Positions 50,602 through 61,128 of a DNA stretch of 64,000 nucleotides are shown here, one piece after another. Position 1 is the stretch's first letter, and each line of letters begins with the position of its first letter. Source of the stretch: an uncultured bacterium (GTDB lineage: Bacteria > Zixibacteria > MSB-5A5 > UBA10806). The stretch is taken from NCBI GenBank assembly GCA_965541585.1, contig CBEUCH010000002.1, positions 242,574 to 306,573 on the forward strand. The letters are read 5' to 3'. The notes beneath the pieces are model-generated. The model ran no database searches. It was given only the letters and a program-made list of their open reading frames with translations, and had not been told where the DNA came from. A program made the translations under genes and the position numbers.

Positions 50602-52671
50602 ATGAGAACAGGGTATTTACGGGCAATTGCAATTGCCCTGGCATGTTTCTTTCTCGTTGACTGCACTCGGTCGGGAAGGAAGGAAGATATTTCGCGGCTC
50701 GATAAATATGTCGGTGCGGCGCAAATGTTTTTCGATGAGGGAAATATAGATTCCTCACTATATTATTTGAACCGGTGTTTTGAAATCGACAGGGATTATC
50801 CCCCGGCCCACCATCTGATGGGGAAAGTATATCTTTATAAAGACGGTATATACTACAGGAGGCTGTCCGCGACATCGCTGAAGACGGCGGTCAGGCTGGA
50901 GGATGAAAATCCGGAATTTCACTACAGCCTTGGTCTGACTCTGCTGAAACAGGGATATCTCAGATATGCCCTTCATGAATTCGAAAAGGCCGCGGAATTT
51001 GACACCACTGATCCTAAGCCACTGTCCAGGATAGCTGAAATTAATAAAACGATCGGCCTTCGATACGATGATACAAGACGCTTCGAGCGCTCGGTTAAGG
51101 CGGCCTCTGCCGCCGCCGCTCTTACGGGTGATGCCGAGTATTATTATCAGCAGGCGGTTGCGTTGTATCAGATGAGAGAACTTGAATCATCGTCAGAGGT
51201 GTTGCAGGATGGGCTGGAGCTTTGCAGCGATACCTCGGTTATGATCAAGAGCCTGCTTCTGTTGGGAGCGAATCTGGTAGGGACAGGGCTTTACGATTCG
51301 GCTTATGTTGTATTCGAGGATGGGCGTGAGGTTATGAACGCGGGCGATATAGCTTTGATGGACAATACCAGATATCTCATGCTGCCAAAGGAATACGCCA
51401 GATACACAGATGAGAGCCTTTATAACCAGGGGAAGATGCTTACTGAGTTCTGGGGACAACTCGATCCCGACCCAACCACCGTCATAAATGAAAGGAAGCT
51501 TGAGCATTATGCAAGATTCGTTCATGCCCAATTGACATTCTCTTTGCCTCGTAAATCGATCGCTGGCTGGAGGACCAAGCGGGGCGAGATGTATATTCGC
51601 TATGGGCGGCCGAGCTCCATGGATTACATCCTGGGCTCCGGGGGAGATGACGCCGGTTCGCCCAAATGGGTCTGGAGATATGGTCATTTTGTGGAACCGG
51701 TTACGCTGGTATTCGAGGATACTTTCTTGAACGGCGATTTCGATTTTCCGTTCCCCTCCAAAAACTGGACTGCGGCAGATTACGATAAGGATCCGGCTCG
51801 CATTGCGGCTATGCTGCAGGATGCCATACCGCAAACATTCGCTTATAGTCCCGGTTCGGGGCCACTGGAGTATTTCTACATGCCACGTCAGTTCAAAGGA
51901 TCTCGCGGGAAGACCGCTGTTGAGATATTCGTGGCGATCCCCTATGTGCAATTGCAATTCAAGCGGGAAGGGGAGAAAGCGCTGGCTATGATTAACTGGC
52001 GCCAGGTCCTCAGGTATCCGAGCTGGAGAATCTCCGATTCTACAGAAGCGAGAAAAATCTACCGGATCAGGGCTTCACAAATCGACAATCCGAATTTATC
52101 GGTGACGGATCGCCTATCTCTAACAGGATATCCGGATTCTCTTCTGTTTTCTATTTCTATTCGGGATACGTTATCGGATCATATAGGAATCGATTCTCGC
52201 GGGATGCGTCTGAGAGATTTTTACACGGGGAAAGTCGAGATATCCGATATCGTGCTCGCCAGACGTATAGATACGCCAATCGAGAAGACAAGATTCAGAA
52301 GAGATGATCTGCAGATTCTATCCAACCTCGATAACCGATATTTCGTGGGGGAACCGGTCTGGCTCTATTTTGAAATCTATAACCTCGAGAAGGACCCTGA
52401 CGGTATGACGTCCTACACTTTAAAGCAGACAGTGACGCAAAAGAGATCGGGAGGATTGCTGGCATCAATCAAGAACGCGCTGGGCGGAGATGATCTGCAG
52501 GAGGTGGAAACCTCCTACAGCGGGGGTAGCGTTTATTCCGATGAGAACAGGATTTTATCTGTTCACCTGTCGGAGCTGGAGCCGGGGAGTTATACTATTG
52601 CGATAGAAATTATAGATGAAGTATCCGGCCACAATGCCAGAGAATCCGAGGATATAGTCTTATACAGGTAA
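50602..52671 (+). CDS. TPR-containing GWxTD-domain protein (probable lipoprotein)
   Basis: Signal with Cys, TPR repeats, FWGQLDPDPTT..NERKLEHYAR, GWRTKRGEMYIRYGRP. Confidence 0.85.
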   Translation: MRTGYLRAIAIALACFFLVDCTRSGRKEDISRLDKYVGAAQMFFDEGNIDSSLYYLNRCFEIDRDYPPAHHLMGKVYLYKDGIYYRRLSATSLKTAVRLEDENPEFHYSLGLTLLKQGYLRYALHEFEKAAEFDTTDPKPLSRIAEINKTIGLRYDDTRRFERSVKAASAAAALTGDAEYYYQQAVALYQMRELESSSEVLQDGLELCSDTSVMIKSLLLLGANLVGTGLYDSAYVVFEDGREVMNAGDIALMDNTRYLMLPKEYARYTDESLYNQGKMLTEFWGQLDPDPTTVINERKLEHYARFVHAQLTFSLPRKSIAGWRTKRGEMYIRYGRPSSMDYILGSGGDDAGSPKWVWRYGHFVEPVTLVFEDTFLNGDFDFPFPSKNWTAADYDKDPARIAAMLQDAIPQTFAYSPGSGPLEYFYMPRQFKGSRGKTAVEIFVAIPYVQLQFKREGEKALAMINWRQVLRYPSWRISDSTEARKIYRIRASQIDNPNLSVTDRLSLTGYPDSLLFSISIRDTLSDHIGIDSRGMRLRDFYTGKVEISDIVLARRIDTPIEKTRFRRDDLQILSNLDNRYFVGEPVWLYFEIYNLEKDPDGMTSYTLKQTVTQKRSGGLLASIKNALGGDDLQEVETSYSGGSVYSDENRILSVHLSELEPGSYTIAIEIIDEVSGHNARESEDIVLYR

Positions 52672-52892
52672 GGAGAATATCTTCCCTGGTTCACATTCTC
52701 GCTTGCGGGGCACTACTCTTGAAAATCGAATTTGCTATTGTCATGATTCTGGCCAGGAATCTGGCATTCGCCTGCATAACTGTTCTCTAATAAAATGGCC
52801 CTCGATTGCCGAAATCAGGCTTGTAATATCTGGGACAATTACATATCTTGCGCCGCCCATGACAATAGGGAAGAACATGGGGGAGGGTGAAG

Positions 52893-53444
52893 ATGCCGAT
52901 CATACCTAAAAAACTATTCTTAACCAAGGGCGTTGGGCGCGATAAAGAAAGGCTGGCAAGCTTTGAGCTGGCATTGCGCTCGGCCCGTATTGCCGAATAT
53001 AACCTGGTTCATGTCTCGAGCATTTTTCCTCCCGGGTGCAAGGTGATTTCTCTGTCTCAGGGCCTTGCCCATCTCACGTCGGGCCAGATCGCCTATAGCG
53101 TATTGTGCCGGAACTCCACAAATGAACCGAACCGCCTGATTTCAGCGTCGGTGGGCCTGGCCATTCCCCAGGACAAACGGCAATACGGTTATCTATCCGA
53201 ACACACGGCATTTGGCCAGAACGAGAAGATCTCGGGAGACTACGCCGAGGATCTGGCCGCCAGCATGCTGGCCTCGACGCTGGGTATAGAATTCGATATT
53301 GATCAGTCGTATGATGAGAAAAAAGAAATCTGGAAAATCTCGGGAAAAATAGTCCGCACCAGAAGCGCTACTCAATCGGCCGCCGGCGATAAGAGAGGCC
53401 GCTGGACCACCGTGGTAGCGGCTGCGATATTTATTACCGATTAG
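52893..53444 (+). CDS. pdaD: Pyruvoyl-dependent arginine decarboxylase
   Basis: SFELALR, NLVHVSSIFPP (Ser-Ser self-cleavage site), YGYLSEH, WTTVVAAA motifs. Confidence 0.93.
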   Translation: MPIIPKKLFLTKGVGRDKERLASFELALRSARIAEYNLVHVSSIFPPGCKVISLSQGLAHLTSGQIAYSVLCRNSTNEPNRLISASVGLAIPQDKRQYGYLSEHTAFGQNEKISGDYAEDLAASMLASTLGIEFDIDQSYDEKKEIWKISGKIVRTRSATQSAAGDKRGRWTTVVAAAIFITD

Positions 53445-53458
53445 ATGCGAGCTTCGAT

Positions 53459-53483
53459 AGCGGGTGAGCGGCCCGCTTTTTTT
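53459..53483 (+). terminator. Intrinsic terminator
   Basis: AGCGGG-tgagcgg-CCCGCT followed by a T-run. Confidence 0.7.
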
Positions 53484-53534
53484 ATGAAAGGCAGAAGGAT
53501 ATTCCCGGGCAGCAAGGAAAAGTGAAGATCCCAA

Positions 53535-54254
53535 ATGCGTAACGCCTATGGAGATTTCGCCCGTTATTACGATTATCTGGGCTGGGATAGGTTCGCCAAA
53601 AATGCTGCCGTACGTTTGAAGGCCTTCTTCAGGTTCCGAGGAGAAAAACCGGAGACCATTCTTGATTTTGCATGTGGTACCGCCCAGCTTGAAAAATCGT
53701 TGGGCGGTATGGGCATAAGGTTTACAGGAGTCGATGCTTCATCGGAGATGCTCAAGATAGCACGCAGGAAATGTCGCGGGATGAGGTTTGTGCAGAGCGA
53801 TGTGGCGGCAGTCCGTCTGAGCGAAAGATTCGATATCGTTCTCTTTTTGTTTGATTCCGCCAATCATATGAACTCCCTATCACACCTGTTAAGGGTATTC
53901 AAAAACGCCCGAAACCATTTGAGGGAAGGTGGCTATTTCATATTTGATTTCCTGACAGCAACCGGCCTGGAACGATGGGAGCATATCGATATCAGGCAAA
54001 AGAGGGATTATACCGTGATAACCAATGGATTCTTTTATCCGGAAGAGCTTAAGGCTGACGTATTCATTGAGGCTTTTGTGAAAAAGGGAAAACTGTTTGA
54101 TCGCGTCTGCCAGAAAGTCACTGCCAGAACATATCCGCCGCGTGATATTTTAAGAGGCCTGGGAGCCTCGGGATTTGAAAAGATACTGGCCAGCCCTTAT
54201 AATCCTGCCGAGGAAATAGAGGAGGCATCAAGACTCTGGTTCGTTTGCAGTTGA
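53535..54254 (+). CDS. Class I SAM-dependent methyltransferase
   Basis: YGDFARYYD, ILDFACGT, GVDASSEML, FDSANH, GGYFIFD motifs. Confidence 0.9.
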   Translation: MRNAYGDFARYYDYLGWDRFAKNAAVRLKAFFRFRGEKPETILDFACGTAQLEKSLGGMGIRFTGVDASSEMLKIARRKCRGMRFVQSDVAAVRLSERFDIVLFLFDSANHMNSLSHLLRVFKNARNHLREGGYFIFDFLTATGLERWEHIDIRQKRDYTVITNGFFYPEELKADVFIEAFVKKGKLFDRVCQKVTARTYPPRDILRGLGASGFEKILASPYNPAEEIEEASRLWFVCS

Positions 54255-54261
54255 TTTTGCC

Positions 54262-55137
54262 ATGACTGATTTTTATCCATGGAATTTTCTGGGTTTGGAC
54301 GATGACCTGTCGGATTATGGGTCGTCGAAGGTTGTGATATTGCCGATACCGTATGATGCCACGGCAAGCTACGGCGGCGGAGCCCGCAACGGTCCCCGGG
54401 CAATAATCTCCGCATCAAGGCAGGTCGAGACATACGATAATGATTTTGGTCTCGAACCATGTCAGGTTGGAATTGCCACCTCCGGAGAAGTCGAATGGGA
54501 ATCGAGCGGACCCGAGGCAATGATGGTCAGAATAGAAAAAACCGCCAACGGGATTTTTGACGATGGCAAATTCTTGCTGTCGTTGGGCGGCGAGCATTCC
54601 ATAACGAGTCCCCTGGTGAAGGTGCATAAGAAAAGGTTTCCCGATCTCTCTGTCTTGCAGATCGATGCCCACACCGATCTTCGAGAGGAATATCAAGGCA
54701 GCAGGTATTCGCACGCCTGCGTTATGTCTCGTATCGATGAGATTTGCGGATTTGTTTCAGTGGGGGTACGGAGCTTTTGCGATTCGGAGAAGGAGCGGAA
54801 GGCAATCCGGGATGGGCGAATCATCGAATCGAGAGCATTCCATAAGAATCCCGATGCCACTTCGATAATTCTTTCGCTGTTGACGGATAAGGTGTATATT
54901 ACTTTCGATCTTGACGGATTCGATCCTTCGGTAATGCCGGCCGTGGGAACTCCTGAGCCGGGGGGCCTTTTGTGGGATGAGGCGATTGAGCTTATTACGG
55001 CAGTTGGCCGGTCGAAGAGAGTCGTTGGCTGTGATATCGTGGAACTGGCTCCCATACCGGGGATGATCTATCCCGATTTCACGGCAGCCCGGCTCGCTTA
55101 TAAATTAATCGGAAGCGCTTTTTTCGGGCGGGAATAA
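54262..55137 (+). CDS. speB: Agmatinase
   Basis: GGEHSIT, IDAHTDLR, SHAC, FDLDGFDPS..PAVGTPEPGG, DIVELAP motifs. Confidence 0.95.
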   Translation: MTDFYPWNFLGLDDDLSDYGSSKVVILPIPYDATASYGGGARNGPRAIISASRQVETYDNDFGLEPCQVGIATSGEVEWESSGPEAMMVRIEKTANGIFDDGKFLLSLGGEHSITSPLVKVHKKRFPDLSVLQIDAHTDLREEYQGSRYSHACVMSRIDEICGFVSVGVRSFCDSEKERKAIRDGRIIESRAFHKNPDATSIILSLLTDKVYITFDLDGFDPSVMPAVGTPEPGGLLWDEAIELITAVGRSKRVVGCDIVELAPIPGMIYPDFTAARLAYKLIGSAFFGRE

Positions 55138-55139
55138 TC

Positions 55140-55877
55140 ATGGAATGGTGGCGAAAATACTTTAGCGAAGACTACCTGAAACTTTATAATCATGACGAGG
55201 GTAAATCGTCGCAGGAGGCTCTGGCAGTTGTTCGCATGCTGCAGCTGCAGCCCGGGCATAAGGTACTCGATCTGGCTTGCGGTTTCGGTAGACACTCCAT
55301 CGTGCTTGGCCAAAAAGGATTTGCGGTTACGGCATACGATCTCTCGGAGAGCTTTTTGAAAAAGGCCGGGGAGCTTGCCGATGCACTCGGGGTCGGGCTC
55401 GATCTGAAACAGGGTGATATGAGAGAAATCCCTTATGAGGGTGAATTTGACGCTGTGATCAATATGTTTACGGCTTTCGGATTCTTCGATAACGACGATG
55501 AAGATCTCAAGGTTTTGCACGGTATTTACAGGGCCCTGAAACCGGGCGGACAATTCCTGATGGATGTTTCTAATCGGGAATATACATTGTCCACTCTGGT
55601 CCCTCGACGCTGGACTGCGGAAAATAAGACCTATATGCTGGAGGAACGGTTTTTCGATTACTTCAGATCGCGGCTGGAACTGGTTAATAAGCTGATTTCG
55701 CCTTCGGGGGATGTCAAGGAAGCCACCTATTCCATCAGGTTATACACGCTAACCGAAATGCTTGAACTTTTTAATAAATCCGGTCTCGTTTTGACCGATG
55801 TTTATGGTGATTTCAACGGGGATCTGTATAATGCAAAATCCCCCAGGATGATACTTGTAGCATCGAAGGAGGAATGA
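55140..55877 (+). CDS. Class I SAM-dependent methyltransferase
   Basis: VLDLACGFGRH, GDMREIP, NMFTAFGFF, LKPGGQFLMD motifs. Confidence 0.92.
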   Translation: MEWWRKYFSEDYLKLYNHDEGKSSQEALAVVRMLQLQPGHKVLDLACGFGRHSIVLGQKGFAVTAYDLSESFLKKAGELADALGVGLDLKQGDMREIPYEGEFDAVINMFTAFGFFDNDDEDLKVLHGIYRALKPGGQFLMDVSNREYTLSTLVPRRWTAENKTYMLEERFFDYFRSRLELVNKLISPSGDVKEATYSIRLYTLTEMLELFNKSGLVLTDVYGDFNGDLYNAKSPRMILVASKEE

Positions 55878-55959
55878 GAAGAGAATCTCGTCGAAGTAGA
55901 AATCGGAATTTTGATACCCCGGGCCCTTATGGGTGCGGGCTTTTGGCGTTTGTGTGATA

Positions 55960-58900
55960 ATGGTAGAAAACTATAAAATGCTAAGCCGTATCCCCGGTTT
56001 TGAGCTGATCCTCAAGAAAATCAGGGACAGTTCTGAACCTATTCCAGTCTCAGGCCTGATCGGTTCCTCCCGGACTCTGCTTGCAGCCTGGCTGTTCAAA
56101 ATGACAGGAAGAAGCGTCCTTTTCCTTTCGCCGGATCAGGAATCGTCTGAAAAGGCCTTCGATGATTTCTGTGCCTTTCTTGGAGAGGATGAGACCTTTC
56201 TATTTCCCTCGTGGGAGATACAGCCGTATGAGATCAGGGCTCCTCACGCGGAGAATATCGGAGATCGATTGAGAGTTCTCTTCGAGTTATCATCAGAAAA
56301 GACCGGGATCATCTGCGCTTCCGGCACCGCCATAATGGAGCCGACTGCAGCCGGGGACCATGTTGGAGACCTGGCCATCAATTTGTCGGAAAAGAGCACG
56401 ATCGATCCCGGGTTTCTGGCCAGGCGTCTGGTCAAAATGGGATTTACCCGCCGTCCCCTGGTAGAGCAGTTGGGCGATTTCGCCGTCCGCGGCGGGCTGA
56501 TCGATATATTCCCTGCAACTGGCTCCCAGCCCGTTAGAGTGGAATTCTTTGGCGATCAGGTTGAATCCATCAGGTCGTTCTCCGTGCTTACTCAAAGGTC
56601 GCTTTCCCGGAGGGGTCGGGCGGTGATCCTGCCCCTAAGAGAAATCGGGGTGGACTTGCACACGGTGGAGGCGGTTTGCGAGAATCTTCCCCAGAGCGAA
56701 GCAATAGCGCTCCATCAGGCCCTGGGATCGAACGGGATTTTCGATGGTTTGGAATTCTTCAGGCACCTATTCACCGAGGAGAAATGCTGTCTGGCAGGCT
56801 ACCTTCCATCGGATACCGTTGTCATCCATGATGATCCGGAATCCATCAAAGGCGAGATCGACAACACCCTGGAAAGAGCCGCCCTGCGTTATAAAGAAAG
56901 GGGTGACTACCCCTTTGCCGATCCCGGTAAAGTTTATTTTGATCATGGGAAATTGGCTCATTTACTCTCGGGATTTGCCAGTATAAAACTCCGAGGGCTT
57001 TTCAGGAGCACGGAGAGTGAGATCGAAATACCCACCAGGCCACAGGAACCGTTCGGCTCCCATATAAAAATGCTGGCCGATAAGTTGAAAGAGTATAGCC
57101 GGCAGGGTTATTCTTCGACCATTTATTGCGAAGGCGAGGGCCAGAAGCGAAGGATGGGCGAGCTTCTGTCGGATTACGATATAGTCCTGCCGTTAGTCAG
57201 CCGAAAGATCTCGTCGGGTTTTGCCATCCCCCAGGCGAAATTGTGGTTTTTGGCCGACCATGAGATTTTTTCACGTGTGTGGGCTCGCAAGAAGGCTCGC
57301 CGTTTCAAAGAGGGAATCGCTCTCTCGAGCTACAATAGTCTGCAGCCCGGCGATTATGTGGTTCATATCGATTTCGGTATCGGCAGATACCAGGGGCTTC
57401 AGGTCATCACTGTGGATGGGCGCAAGCGAGACTGCCTTCTGATATTTTATGCCGGGGGCGATAAAGTATTCGTCCCCATAGAAGAGTTCTCCAGAGTTCA
57501 GAAATTTTCAGGAAAGGAAGGCGCTCCCACTCTTTCCCGGCTGGGTTCAGGAATCTGGGAAAAAACCAAGGCCAGGACAAAGAAAGTTATTATGGAAATG
57601 GCCGGGGAGTTGATTGAACTTTACGCTAAGCGTCAGGCCCTACCGGGATTCGCTTTCGGCCCCGACAGCGCCTGGCAGAAAGAGTTGGAGGCTGCCTTCC
57701 CGTATGAGGAAACTCCCGATCAGCAGAAGGCTATCGACGAAATCAAGGCCGACATGGAAAGTCCCGTTCCGATGGACCGTCTGATATGCGGCGATGTAGG
57801 ATATGGCAAAACGGAGGTTGCAATTAGAGCTGCCTTCAAAGCGGTGGAGTCGGGCAAGCAGGTGGCTGTGCTGGTGCCCACCACGATTCTGGCCCAGCAG
57901 CATTTGCACACCTTCAGATCCCGCCTGGAACAGTTTCCTTTGAAAATCGAGTTGTTGTCGAGATTCAGATCTCCAAAGGAATCTAAACTGGTCAAAGCGG
58001 GTCTCGAGAATGGGAAGGTCGATGTTGTAATCGGAACCCATAAGCTTCTGCAAAAAGATATACGGTTTAAAGACCTCGGCCTGCTGATCGTGGATGAAGA
58101 ACAAAGATTCGGAGTTACCCACAAGGAGAGAATCAAGAAACTGAAGACCCAGGTCGATACTCTTATTCTTACGGCCACGCCGATTCCCAGGACCCTTCAA
58201 CTTTCCCTGCTCGGGGCGCGGGATATGTCCATCATTAACACCCCCCCCAAAGACCGCTTGCCGATCGTGACGGAGGTGGCCCTGTTCTCCGAGAGGATCA
58301 TAACGGAAGCGATAGAGCGAGAGTTTATTCGTGGCGGGCAGATCTACTTTGTACATAACCGGGTCGAATCGATAGATGCTATATTTCGTTATCTGAAGAA
58401 GCTTTTACCGACAATGGATATCGTGATCGGTCATGGGCAGATGCCCGAAAGGCAACTCGAGAGAGTCATGGTCGACTTTCTGGCAAAAAAATACCGGATA
58501 CTACTGGCTACTACGATCATCGAATCCGGCCTGGATATACCGACCGTGAACACCATAATAATAAACCGCTCCGACCGGCTGGGATTAGCCCAGCTCTACC
58601 AGCTGCGGGGCAGGGTCGGGAGATCATCGAGACGGGCATACGCCTATCTGCTTGTTCCACCTTTGAAACTAATGACGGAGAAGGCCCGGAAGCGGGTGCG
58701 TGCTATCGAGGAGTTCACGGAACTGGGATCGGGACTGCATCTTGCTATGCGCGACCTGGAAATCAGAGGAGCCGGCAACATACTGGGAGCGCAGCAGCAT
58801 GGTTTCATAGAGGAAGTGGGTTTTGATCTTTATTGCCGTCTTCTGGAAGAGGCCGTAGCGGAGTTGAGCGGAGAAACTGTCGCCCGCGAAAGAACTGATC

Positions 58901-59325
58901 TCAACGTACAAACCGACCTGGATCTGTTTATTCCGCAATCGTATGTCGATGATCCGAATCTCAGGATGGAGTTGTATAGAACTGTTTCCGAGATTACCGA
59001 TTGCGAAAAGTTAGCCTCGTTTTCCGAGGAACTGAAAGACCGTTTTGGTCCGTACCCCGAGGAAGTAGAAAATCTTCTGAGCCTTGCGGCCTCCCGGATT
59101 CTGGCCCTGGAACTCGGGGCGGAGAAGATGGTCTACAGAGGGGGCCAGCTGTATATAGAATTTCCCCGCGGCAGGGAGTTTGAGAGAGCAGAGATCGAGG
59201 GATGGCGAGAAAGGACCGCCGGGAAAATGGAGTTTAGTTCGTCGGATGGCCTTAAAATGCGTATAAAGCTCGGCGGTTCCAGCGGTGCCTCTCTTAAAAA
59301 TGCCTTGCAGTCGCTGGTGGGTTGA
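55960..59325 (+). CDS. mfd: Transcription-repair coupling factor
   Basis: RGGLIDIF, DRLICGDVGYGKTEVA, DEEQRFGV, TATPIPRTL, QLRGRVGRS, DLEIRGAGN motifs. Confidence 0.98.
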   Translation: MVENYKMLSRIPGFELILKKIRDSSEPIPVSGLIGSSRTLLAAWLFKMTGRSVLFLSPDQESSEKAFDDFCAFLGEDETFLFPSWEIQPYEIRAPHAENIGDRLRVLFELSSEKTGIICASGTAIMEPTAAGDHVGDLAINLSEKSTIDPGFLARRLVKMGFTRRPLVEQLGDFAVRGGLIDIFPATGSQPVRVEFFGDQVESIRSFSVLTQRSLSRRGRAVILPLREIGVDLHTVEAVCENLPQSEAIALHQALGSNGIFDGLEFFRHLFTEEKCCLAGYLPSDTVVIHDDPESIKGEIDNTLERAALRYKERGDYPFADPGKVYFDHGKLAHLLSGFASIKLRGLFRSTESEIEIPTRPQEPFGSHIKMLADKLKEYSRQGYSSTIYCEGEGQKRRMGELLSDYDIVLPLVSRKISSGFAIPQAKLWFLADHEIFSRVWARKKARRFKEGIALSSYNSLQPGDYVVHIDFGIGRYQGLQVITVDGRKRDCLLIFYAGGDKVFVPIEEFSRVQKFSGKEGAPTLSRLGSGIWEKTKARTKKVIMEMAGELIELYAKRQALPGFAFGPDSAWQKELEAAFPYEETPDQQKAIDEIKADMESPVPMDRLICGDVGYGKTEVAIRAAFKAVESGKQVAVLVPTTILAQQHLHTFRSRLEQFPLKIELLSRFRSPKESKLVKAGLENGKVDVVIGTHKLLQKDIRFKDLGLLIVDEEQRFGVTHKERIKKLKTQVDTLILTATPIPRTLQLSLLGARDMSIINTPPKDRLPIVTEVALFSERIITEAIEREFIRGGQIYFVHNRVESIDAIFRYLKKLLPTMDIVIGHGQMPERQLERVMVDFLAKKYRILLATTIIESGLDIPTVNTIIINRSDRLGLAQLYQLRGRVGRSSRRAYAYLLVPPLKLMTEKARKRVRAIEEFTELGSGLHLAMRDLEIRGAGNILGAQQHGFIEEVGFDLYCRLLEEAVAELSGETVARERTDLNVQTDLDLFIPQSYVDDPNLRMELYRTVSEITDCEKLASFSEELKDRFGPYPEEVENLLSLAASRILALELGAEKMVYRGGQLYIEFPRGREFERAEIEGWRERTAGKMEFSSSDGLKMRIKLGGSSGASLKNALQSLVG

Positions 59326-59387
59326 CGTAAATTATGTTTTCTTGAAACACATTCTGGAGTAACGAGATAAAAAAATCCGAGGTTTTA

Positions 59388-61115
59388 ATGGCGAGTATCA
59401 GAAATAACATCGCGATCTCTTTTCTGTTAGCGTCTTCGTTTTTTTTCACAGACTGTTCGCGGTCTCCTGAAAAAGACAAGAAGTATACTGACTTTCGCGT
59501 TGTTCTACGTGTGGGAACGAATGAACTTACAATGGCCGATTTAGAAAAACGATTCTACCGGACCTTTTTTGAGAGCCCTCAAGACGAGTTCGAGAAAAAA
59601 GAGAATTCCATCAAGGACATACTTGAGTTTTTTTTGAAGGCCGATGCCGCTGCGGAAGCCGGTTATGTCTGGGAAGTCGATTCCAGTGTCGTTCTCGAGC
59701 TTATGTTAAGGGAATTGCATTATCACGACGTTGTCAGCAGAATGAGAGTAACCGACAAAGAGGTGAGAAAATACTTCAAAGAATTTGGAGGTGAGACCCA
59801 GGCGGGACATATTCTGGTGTCGGATTCAGTGCTTGCCGAGAGCCTATACAGCCTGCTGCAGAATGGTGGGGATTTCGATGAACTCGCAAGAGAATTTTCA
59901 AAGGATCTGACTAATAAAGATCGGGGCGGAAGCCTTGATTATATGCATCTTGATTACTACGATACGGAATTCATGAAAGTGGCCTGCAATCTGGATATAG
60001 GCGCCTACTCCCGGCCATTACAGACAGTGAGGGGCTGGCATATAGTTACGCTCTACGACAGGAGGAAAAACAATCCTGAAGACCTCGAAAGTAGATGGAG
60101 GAAATATCGATCCAAGGCTTACAACTATGTTCACAGAAATGCGCTTCACGAATATAAAGATCAGGTTAAGGCCGCTCATAACTATGAGATTGTGCGGGAT
60201 GCGATGGATCTGATGATACAGAAAGCGGATTCTGCACGCAATCTGCCCGAAGCGCCTCCGGATCTACCGCTATCTTCGTATCTTGATAGAGCGCTATTTA
60301 CTGAAGAAGAGAGTGAGAGGTATATAGTAAAGCATGATGGAGGCGGTTATACCGTAGGGGACTATCTCGATTATGTGCAGCGGGCTAATCCTTCCAGGAC
60401 ACCGCATCTGCGCAACAGAATGGTAATGAAAGATTTCTTCGAGCGCGCAGTTTTGACCCCTTTGCTCATACAGGTAGCTTTCGATAGGGGATTGGATACC
60501 CTGAAGACATTCAAGCACAGCCTTCGGGATTACGGGCAAAATCAGATAGTCGAACAGTACCAGAGGGACACATTCAAAAATCTCCTGAAAGTTACGGAAG
60601 ATGAGATAGAGAAATACTATAACGAAAACAGACAGGAGTATATGAGTCCGGATAATCTGCAGGTGTATGCCATTGGCGTAAGAGAGAAAGAGAAGGCCTC
60701 GGAATTGCTCAAGAGGATTGAATCGGGCGCGAAATTAGAATCTCTGGCCATGAAATATTCCGTAGACAAAAAAACAGCCTCCAAGGGTGGAGATCTCGGC
60801 CATTTCACAGTTGACAGGTATCCTGAGATATTCGAGGCGGCGGAGAATATGGAACCCGGCGAACTGGGCGGCCCCGTGGAAATGTATGGTAACTGGTGGA
60901 TCTTTAAGCTGATCGATCACCGGAAACCGGCGCCGAGATCACTTGACCGGGTGAGAGCGGGGATTGAATCCAAGCTCAGGCAGCAGAATGAACAGGCGAT
61001 CACCAGGGCCTGGGTGGAAGAATTGATGGAAAATGCCGACTACTTCATGGATCTCGATCCGTTAAGGCAGGAATTCGGGTTAGCTGGTGCGGGCAATGAG
61101 ACGAATTCTAACTAG
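59388..61115 (+). CDS. Parvulin-type peptidyl-prolyl isomerase (two rotamase domains, lipoprotein)
   Basis: AGHILV, FDELAREFSKD..RGGSL, LAMKYSVD..KGGDLG motifs. Confidence 0.88.
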   Translation: MASIRNNIAISFLLASSFFFTDCSRSPEKDKKYTDFRVVLRVGTNELTMADLEKRFYRTFFESPQDEFEKKENSIKDILEFFLKADAAAEAGYVWEVDSSVVLELMLRELHYHDVVSRMRVTDKEVRKYFKEFGGETQAGHILVSDSVLAESLYSLLQNGGDFDELAREFSKDLTNKDRGGSLDYMHLDYYDTEFMKVACNLDIGAYSRPLQTVRGWHIVTLYDRRKNNPEDLESRWRKYRSKAYNYVHRNALHEYKDQVKAAHNYEIVRDAMDLMIQKADSARNLPEAPPDLPLSSYLDRALFTEEESERYIVKHDGGGYTVGDYLDYVQRANPSRTPHLRNRMVMKDFFERAVLTPLLIQVAFDRGLDTLKTFKHSLRDYGQNQIVEQYQRDTFKNLLKVTEDEIEKYYNENRQEYMSPDNLQVYAIGVREKEKASELLKRIESGAKLESLAMKYSVDKKTASKGGDLGHFTVDRYPEIFEAAENMEPGELGGPVEMYGNWWIFKLIDHRKPAPRSLDRVRAGIESKLRQQNEQAITRAWVEELMENADYFMDLDPLRQEFGLAGAGNETNSN

Positions 61116-61128
61116 AAAAGGGTTACTG

